Positions 58,589 to 64,000 of a stretch of DNA of 64,000 bases are shown here, piece by piece. Below the pieces are notes generated by a model. The model made no database searches and was not told the DNA's origin. It saw only the letters and a program-made list of their open reading frames with translations. The position numbers and the translations under genes are program-made. Source of the stretch: an uncultured Novosphingobium sp. (GTDB lineage Bacteria; Pseudomonadota; Alphaproteobacteria; Sphingomonadales; Sphingomonadaceae); NCBI GenBank assembly GCA_964550775.1, contig CAZKAX010000003.1, forward strand, positions 1,740 to 65,739. The letters run 5' to 3'. Positions within the stretch are counted from its first letter, which is position 1; the number at the start of each line of letters is the position of its first letter.

Positions 58589-59731
58589 TTACGTGCGCGG
58601 CCAGCGGGCCTTGTCCTGAAGGTACCTTCCCGCATCAAGCGCGTCGGTAGGCTGATAGGCGTCGAACAGGTTCGGGCCATACTGCGAGCGATATTGCTCA
58701 AATACCGGCAGAAACAGTTCGGTGTGAACCACCGGCTGGCGATGGCGCGTACGGAAGGCTCCGATCGGAATCCGTTGGCTGACCAGAGTTTCGAACGCCA
58801 GCTTTGCGCTTGCCAGTTCGCCCCCATCCGGCCCATAGATTGCGCTGCCACCGCCGCCGGTATCGGCAAAATAGCGGGTATTTTCGGGTGAGGCAGCATT
58901 GTTGGCCACCGCTGTATACACCCCGTTGTACAGCGATGTTGCCTGGATATCGAGCGGCGTGAAACCACCCGTTGCCGTCCGGAGGATCAGTTCCGCCCCC
59001 TTCATCGCAAAGGCGCGGAACAGCTCTGGTTCTTTCTGCGTGGAGCTCGTCGCGATGTTGCCCAGCGGCGTCCGGGTGACCGGCAGGACCGCATCCGGAC
59101 CGTACATTTCCACATAGCGGTCCAGCACATCGTATATGGTGGTGGTGAACAGCTCTTTGCGTCCCCCGAAGAAGCCCTTCAGGTTCCGCGCCTTCCAGTG
59201 CCGGTCGACGATTTCCCCCTTGTCATTCATGATGACCGTGATCGACAGTAGCGACTTCGGCCAGGCTGGATCGCGAACGTACGAGCCGAACACCAGCCAG
59301 CACCCATATTCGCGGGCCTTGCGCGCCAGCAGTTCCGTTTCCGGGCCGGGCAGCTCAATCGCCACCTTTCGCGCATCGTCAAGGTTCCAGCCATGATAGT
59401 AGCCGGTGACCGGGAATTCATGGAAGAACAGGATATCGTGCCCGACGAGCCCGTTGGCACGATCGATAAGGTCCGCCATGTGCTGGACGTTGGCAAAACG
59501 CGACTGCTTGAGGTTCGCCAGCTCGACCGGCACCACCCGCGACTGGACCACGCCGAGCATGATGACATCCTTGGCCAGCGCAACGGTTTCATAGCTGCCA
59601 TCCGGACGCATCGACAACGGCGCTGGTGCACCTGCGGCTGTCGCAGCCTTCGCACTGGAGCCAACTCCTGCAGCAGCTGCCGTTGTCAGGGCCGCGCAGG
59701 CTCCCATCATGCCACGTCGCGAAATGCTCAT
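58589..59731 (-). CDS. Second nitrilase-fold protein with Tat signal and no Cys nucleophile
   Basis: SRRGMM signal; FHEFP, HWKARN and TPLGNIATSSTQKEPE...GAEL motifs. Confidence 0.85.
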   Translation of the reverse strand: MSISRRGMMGACAALTTAAAAGVGSSAKAATAAGAPAPLSMRPDGSYETVALAKDVIMLGVVQSRVVPVELANLKQSRFANVQHMADLIDRANGLVGHDILFFHEFPVTGYYHGWNLDDARKVAIELPGPETELLARKAREYGCWLVFGSYVRDPAWPKSLLSITVIMNDKGEIVDRHWKARNLKGFFGGRKELFTTTIYDVLDRYVEMYGPDAVLPVTRTPLGNIATSSTQKEPELFRAFAMKGAELILRTATGGFTPLDIQATSLYNGVYTAVANNAASPENTRYFADTGGGGSAIYGPDGGELASAKLAFETLVSQRIPIGAFRTRHRQPVVHTELFLPVFEQYRSQYGPNLFDAYQPTDALDAGRYLQDKARWPRT

Positions 59732-59781
59732 ATCCTACCCCTTGCGCTTGCTTGCCGCCGGAACCGGTTGTGGCCCGGAGC

Positions 59782-59803
59782 GGTCAATTTGTACGGACAA
59801 ATA
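59782..59803 (-). promoter_or_regulatory. Putative operator TATTTGTCCGTACAA abutting a TTGACC -35-like box
   Basis: The minus strand reads TATTTGTCCGTACAAATTGACC upstream of the second nitrilase-fold gene. Confidence 0.7.
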
Positions 59804-59846
59804 TATTCATCGGGGAGGGTTCACCGTCAAATGTTAATTTCACAAC

Positions 59847-59880
59847 AAAAAGGGGCGGCCGTGGATCACGACCGCCCCCT
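59847..59880 (-). terminator. Rho-independent terminator
   Basis: Minus strand GGGGCGGTCGTG-ATC-CACGGCCGCCCC followed by TTTTT. Confidence 0.8.
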
Positions 59881-59902
59881 TCCTTCATCCGCCTGACCAG
59901 CG

Positions 59903-60595
59903 TCAGATCGGCTTCACCGCCCCCAGGAAGCCAGCGGCACCAATGGTGATCCAGTAGATCACGGCCACGATCCGGGCTGAGCGGATGAGATCGGCCAGAC
60001 GTGCCTCGGCAGCGGCGTCTGGTCCTTTCGCAAGCCGGGCGAAAATCCCCGGCCACTCGTGCAGATAATATCGCAGGACAAGCCCGACGATCAGGCTTAG
60101 CCCGAAAACGATCAGCTTTGCCGAATACCATTGCTGTCCATCGCCTGCTTCAAACGGCCCCATGCCCAGCAAGGATGTGATGCCGGTGCCGATGACGGCG
60201 GGGATAGCCAGATAGCGCGACCAGTCCTCCAACTTGCCGAACACGGTATCCTTGCGCCGCATCTTGTCGCGGAAGGCCAGCAGGGTGACGATCACCCAGG
60301 CCACCCAACCCAGCCAGACCGCGACGAGGAAATTGCCGCCATAGGGTTGCACACCCCACAGGTGCCCCATGTGCAGGCCCAGCGGCAACAGCGAGATGAT
60401 ACCGATCCGCGAGACAACGTCGATGCGGAAGACCGTGTCGAGATGGCGCACTCGCTCTGCTACGGGCAGCGCTGGGTCGACAACCTTGTAGGATGTCTGG
60501 AAGACGGCCCATTCCCCGCCCAGCCAATAAACCATCGCCAGAATGTGCGCGAACCGCAGCAGAGCCAATTCGTAGACTTCGAGGAATCCACTCAA
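59903..60595 (-). CDS. Multi-pass membrane protein of unknown function (paralog of 41516-42199)
   Basis: AHILAMVYWLG...D.V.R...FLGAVKPI; TTG start with an AAGGAG RBS. Confidence 0.8.
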   Translation of the reverse strand: MSGFLEVYELALLRFAHILAMVYWLGGEWAVFQTSYKVVDPALPVAERVRHLDTVFRIDVVSRIGIISLLPLGLHMGHLWGVQPYGGNFLVAVWLGWVAWVIVTLLAFRDKMRRKDTVFGKLEDWSRYLAIPAVIGTGITSLLGMGPFEAGDGQQWYSAKLIVFGLSLIVGLVLRYYLHEWPGIFARLAKGPDAAAEARLADLIRSARIVAVIYWITIGAAGFLGAVKPI

Positions 60596-60651
60596 GGAAC
60601 TTCTCCTTACTTTCCCGCTAGAATGTCAGGCTAAAGCGTGTCTAATCGCGA

Positions 60652-60861
60652 CTAATCGGATTTTGAGAGCATCGAACGCAGCGCCAGCGCCACCACTGCG
60701 GGGCGCATCAGCTTACCGGCCAGGCGAACCAGTTCCTTTCCGCCGATTTCCACCGTGCAAGGCATCGCATTGGCGACGCCGGCGAGGATGAGGCGCCCAT
60801 CCTCAACCCGGCTTTCGCGCACTTCAACGCCCAGCTTGATCGCGGGAGTCTTGACCAGCAT
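60652..60861 (-). CDS. Small hypothetical protein coupled to the flavoprotein gene
   Basis: 69 aa; ATG 1 bp after the upstream stop. Confidence 0.6.
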   Translation of the reverse strand: MLVKTPAIKLGVEVRESRVEDGRLILAGVANAMPCTVEIGGKELVRLAGKLMRPAVVALALRSMLSKSD

Positions 60862-60862
60862 C

Positions 60863-62392
60863 TCAGGCCTGCCCTGCCGAGGTCGGCAGCACCGAAGGTT
60901 CCAGGGCCAGAACGCTGCGCGCTGCGCCGCGACCGGTAATCATCGCTTCGGTCAGGTACGATCCGTTCTGATAGAGGTCAGAAATGAACGAGCCGAGTTC
61001 ACCTGCTTCGTAAAGCCGCGCAATCGGCTTGTCGTCATGACCGAAAACCACACCGTTCATATTGCGGCGCGCACCGCCGCCGGTACAGACAATGGCGGGC
61101 GTGATCGGCAGGGCATAGAACGGGCCGTTGGCCACCGGCAGCAGGGTTTCCGCATTTCGGCCGAAAACCTCGTCGTTGCCGGCAGCGCAACTCGCGTTGT
61201 AACGCGCGACCTGTTCCTCAAGAACGGCCACTTCGATGCCAATCTTGGCGGCCAGTTCAGCAATCGTGTCGGCTTTGTGGATGAGGCCGGAAGCAATCTC
61301 GGCGCTGTTGTCCTCGCTCCATTCTTCTGCAACGACAACCGCGCTCCAGGTCATGACCTCCAGCACCAGCTTGCCTGCCTGCCGGGTGGTTTCGTCAAAG
61401 ATCATGTGGACCGGGTGGGCCACGTTGAGCGGCACATCAACGAAACGACCGTGCTTCTTTTCCTTGTAGTGGGTCAACTGCAGCTCGTTCGCCTCGTTGT
61501 AGAAACGACGCCCTTCGCTGTCGACGTCGAACCAGCTGAACGCCGGCAGCATGAAATTGCGCAAGTAGCAGGTCTGCTGATGCGGCTGGCGGATACCCGG
61601 CCAGATACCGCCCGACTGCCCCTGATTGCGCAGATGCCACATGTCCGCGCCAGCCTTCTGCATGATACGCAGGCCATCCCCCGTGTTATACGGTGTCCCC
61701 AGCGGCACAACGTTCGACAGGCCATAATAGTCGCGCTGCATCTGGGGCGACGCTTCATAGCCCCCGATTGCCACAATCACGCCGCGTTCGGCGCGGATCG
61801 CCTTGCGCTGACCGTTCTGTTCGATCCACGCGCCGAAAACTTCCAACGTGTCCGGGTCCTGGATGAGGTCCACAAGTCGGCTATCAAACCAGACGGGCAC
61901 GTTCCGCTTTTCCACGTTAGCCTTCAGGGCCAACCAGACGCCTGACGGGATCGGCAGGATCGTGGAGGTGTAGGCCACGGCATCGCGCGCGCCCAGTTCC
62001 GGGAATTCCAGTACGGCGTCGCGCTCGGTGAAACCCGTGCCGCGCAGGAATTCCTGACCAGCGCCGGCTGCAATCTGCTGAATCCAAGGCTCAAGGTTGA
62101 CCATCCGGTCGGCCCAGTCGTCGAGCAGTTCCTCGCTGACGGGATTGGCAGCGCTCATCTTTCGCTGATAATCCTTCAGGGCGTCCTTGTTCTTTGAAAT
62201 CAGCAGCGACTGCCCGGAAACGCGGCAATTACCGCCGGCAAATTCCTGCGGCGCCTTTTCCACGATCAGGATGCGCGCATCGGGAGCAGTGTCACGAGCC
62301 TCGATGGCGGCAGACGCACCCGCGCAACCGTAACCGCAGATCAACACATCGACGACTTCGTCCCACTGGGAAACGCTGTTCAGACTAGCCAT
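60863..62392 (-). CDS. FAD-dependent oxidoreductase (FAD_binding_2; fumarate reductase/ketosteroid dehydrogenase-like)
   Basis: DVLICGYGCAG, EK....GG, NTGDG, GPFYA, T.GG and LYEAGE motifs. Confidence 0.9.
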   Translation of the reverse strand: MASLNSVSQWDEVVDVLICGYGCAGASAAIEARDTAPDARILIVEKAPQEFAGGNCRVSGQSLLISKNKDALKDYQRKMSAANPVSEELLDDWADRMVNLEPWIQQIAAGAGQEFLRGTGFTERDAVLEFPELGARDAVAYTSTILPIPSGVWLALKANVEKRNVPVWFDSRLVDLIQDPDTLEVFGAWIEQNGQRKAIRAERGVIVAIGGYEASPQMQRDYYGLSNVVPLGTPYNTGDGLRIMQKAGADMWHLRNQGQSGGIWPGIRQPHQQTCYLRNFMLPAFSWFDVDSEGRRFYNEANELQLTHYKEKKHGRFVDVPLNVAHPVHMIFDETTRQAGKLVLEVMTWSAVVVAEEWSEDNSAEIASGLIHKADTIAELAAKIGIEVAVLEEQVARYNASCAAGNDEVFGRNAETLLPVANGPFYALPITPAIVCTGGGARRNMNGVVFGHDDKPIARLYEAGELGSFISDLYQNGSYLTEAMITGRGAARSVLALEPSVLPTSAGQA

Positions 62393-62452
62393 GGTTCAAT
62401 ACTCCCAAGAAAGGCATTTGACCCAAGCTTGTGCGGTACACTTCGATCGAAC

Positions 62453-62488
62453 CAGCAACCGGTTGTCATTTTGTACAACTTATGGTTG
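62453..62488. promoter_or_regulatory. Tandem CA(A/G)C-N5-GTTG boxes, putative LysR binding sites
   Basis: CAGC-AACCG-GTTG (62453-62465) and CAAC-TTATG-GTTG (62476-62488) in the divergent lysR/flavoprotein gap. Confidence 0.45.
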
Positions 62489-62499
62489 ATGTCTTGGCT

Positions 62500-63378
62500 A
62501 TGGAACTGCGCCAACTTTCCCACTTCCTTGCCGTCGTCGACGCCGGCAGCCTGACACTTGCCGCCGATCGCGTGGGGTTAACTCAGCAGGCCCTGTCCAA
62601 AAGCCTTGCCAGGCTGGAACTGGAACTGGGCGGAAAACTGTTCGAGCGTGCAGCGCGCGGCATGGTCCTGTCCCGGCTAGGCGATGCCATTGCCGAACAC
62701 GCCCGGCAGGTTCTGGCAGATGCTGGCCGCCTCAGACATGCAGCCAGTGCGGAACTAGGCTTGCAGCGCGGTCGATTGGTTGTGGGGCTAAGCCCGATTG
62801 CCGCATCCAGCCACCTGGGCAGCCGGGTCATGCGCTTTGCCGAGCGTTATCCGCGCGTGCGCATCGATGTCGAAAGCGGGATCGATCGGGAATTTGTCGC
62901 CAAGCTTCATCGCGGAGAGATCGATGTAGCCATTTCATCGCAAACTGCGGAGCAGACGGACAGCGTACTGCTTGAACAGCTCGCAGTTGAGCGATGGGGC
63001 GTTACCAGCGCTGCGGACAATACCCTGCTCTCGAACGCCAGCGGCCTGGCCGATCTCGCAGAGGCTCAATGGATCATAGGCCGCAACACGGCGTTATTGG
63101 ATGCGCAGATCGGAGAAGCGTTCGTCAACGCGGGGATGGCCCCTCCGCGTCCCGGTATCATGACAACATCGGTCTTGTTCACGCTGCAGGCGCTGCGCCG
63201 GTCCCGATGCCTCGCCATTCTGCCGCATTCGCTGTGCGAAGACCTGCCGGACCTGCTGTGGCGCGACATGGGTAATGGTGCCTGGACAACGCCGATATTT
63301 CTGATGCGGCGCAAACGCGCCTTGATCGACGATCTGATCAAGGCGCTATTGATTGAACTGGGCAGCCAGACCGCCTGA
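62500..63378 (+). CDS. LysR-family transcriptional regulator
   Basis: MELRQLSHFLAVVDAGSLTLAA...TQQALSKSLARLE...LFER. Confidence 0.95.
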   Translation: MELRQLSHFLAVVDAGSLTLAADRVGLTQQALSKSLARLELELGGKLFERAARGMVLSRLGDAIAEHARQVLADAGRLRHAASAELGLQRGRLVVGLSPIAASSHLGSRVMRFAERYPRVRIDVESGIDREFVAKLHRGEIDVAISSQTAEQTDSVLLEQLAVERWGVTSAADNTLLSNASGLADLAEAQWIIGRNTALLDAQIGEAFVNAGMAPPRPGIMTTSVLFTLQALRRSRCLAILPHSLCEDLPDLLWRDMGNGAWTTPIFLMRRKRALIDDLIKALLIELGSQTA

Positions 63379-63404
63379 GCGCGGCTGCTGCCCGGATCAA
63401 TTCC

Positions 63405-63710
63405 TTACCAGGGCTTGCCGCCCACCCAACTGCCGGCTTTGACGCCGATCCGGCTGATCTCCACCGTGTCCCAGATACCCGCCTTGTAATAGGGGTCTGC
63501 TTCGATGAAGGCCTGCGCATCGGCCCGGTCGGACGCGCTGACAATGACCAGCGACCCGACGAAACCGCCATCTTCGCCGTGAAGCGGGCAGGCCAGCGCA
63601 ACCCGGTCGAACACTTCGTCAAGGTGAGCCAGATGCTCCTTCAACCCGGCCATGCGGGTCGGTTTCGTGTCGGCCTTGTCACGGCAAACGATCGCAAAGA
63701 ATTCAGACAT
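63405..63710 (-). CDS. YciI-family protein
   Basis: R.....EHLAHL...P......GSL......A..F...DPY..AG pattern. Confidence 0.88.
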   Translation of the reverse strand: MSEFFAIVCRDKADTKPTRMAGLKEHLAHLDEVFDRVALACPLHGEDGGFVGSLVIVSASDRADAQAFIEADPYYKAGIWDTVEISRIGVKAGSWVGGKPW

Positions 63711-63746
63711 GATAGCTCCTGGTGGTTGAAATCGAGGACGACCGCT

Positions 63747-64000
63747 TCATCGGGACGAACAGGGAAAACCCAGAACGCCTGGGTTCATCAGGTTGTGCGG
63801 ATCGACTGCCAGCTTGATCGCGCGCAACAAGCCAGCCGGCTCATCCCGCAACGCGGGCATGAACGGATAGGTTCGTCCAATCTGGTTCGATGCCGCACCG
63901 TGCGCGCGAAACAGGTCCACCGTCATCGCCCGCAACCGCGCGACCAGTTCCCTTGCCGCAGGATTTGGCGCGGGTTCGTCCAAACGTGCTAGAGCTGCAG
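63747..64000 (-). CDS. C-terminus of a second VAO-type FAD oxidoreductase (5' end outside the window)
   Basis: AHGAASNQIGRTYP...IKLAVDPHNLMNPGVLG parallels the end of 35905-37455 (AHNAAHFQIGRTYR...LKAAVDPRGIMNPGSLG). Confidence 0.8.
   Translation of the reverse strand, partial: AALARLDEPAPNPAARELVARLRAMTVDLFRAHGAASNQIGRTYPFMPALRDEPAGLLRAIKLAVDPHNLMNPGVLGFPCSSR

Overview
GC-rich alphaproteobacterial DNA, most likely a sphingomonad-type conjugative plasmid or ICE (inferred from gene content, not a database match). It has three zones. (1) 1-22 kb: a contiguous F-type (MPF_F) mating-pair formation operon on the minus strand (traA-L-E-K-B-dsbC-traV-traC-trbI-peptidase-traW-U-trbC-traN-F-H-G, with traG cut by the window edge). 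Next to it are divergent putative regulators and a lytic transglycosylase. No relaxase or coupling protein is in view. (2) 22-31 kb: a rearranged junction containing a PD-(D/E)XK nuclease-like gene and a 5'-truncated SF2 helicase, a possible defence remnant. These are followed by an intact IS21-family element without a target duplication, a truncated serine resolvase and a tnpA-only Tn3-family unit bounded by 38-bp IRs. (3) 31-64 kb: a roughly 33-kb catabolic island for an unidentified substrate. It encodes a TonB-dependent receptor, an MFS transporter, two Tat-signal nitrilase-fold proteins that lack the catalytic Cys, a methyltransferase with a small partner, flavoprotein oxidoreductases, an amidase, a PuuE-like hydrolase, a RedY/HapK-like protein and an acyl-CoA ligase. 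It also has a duplicated set of the families found in itaconate/C5-dicarboxylate operons. A TTGTCCG(T/G)ACAA palindrome recurs at four intergenic sites and is probably the operator of the island's GntR/HutC regulator. The best candidate for an undescribed system is this island; the hypothesis that it degrades a pyrrole, imide or bilin-type N-heterocycle is inference only. No rRNA, tRNA or CRISPR array was seen.
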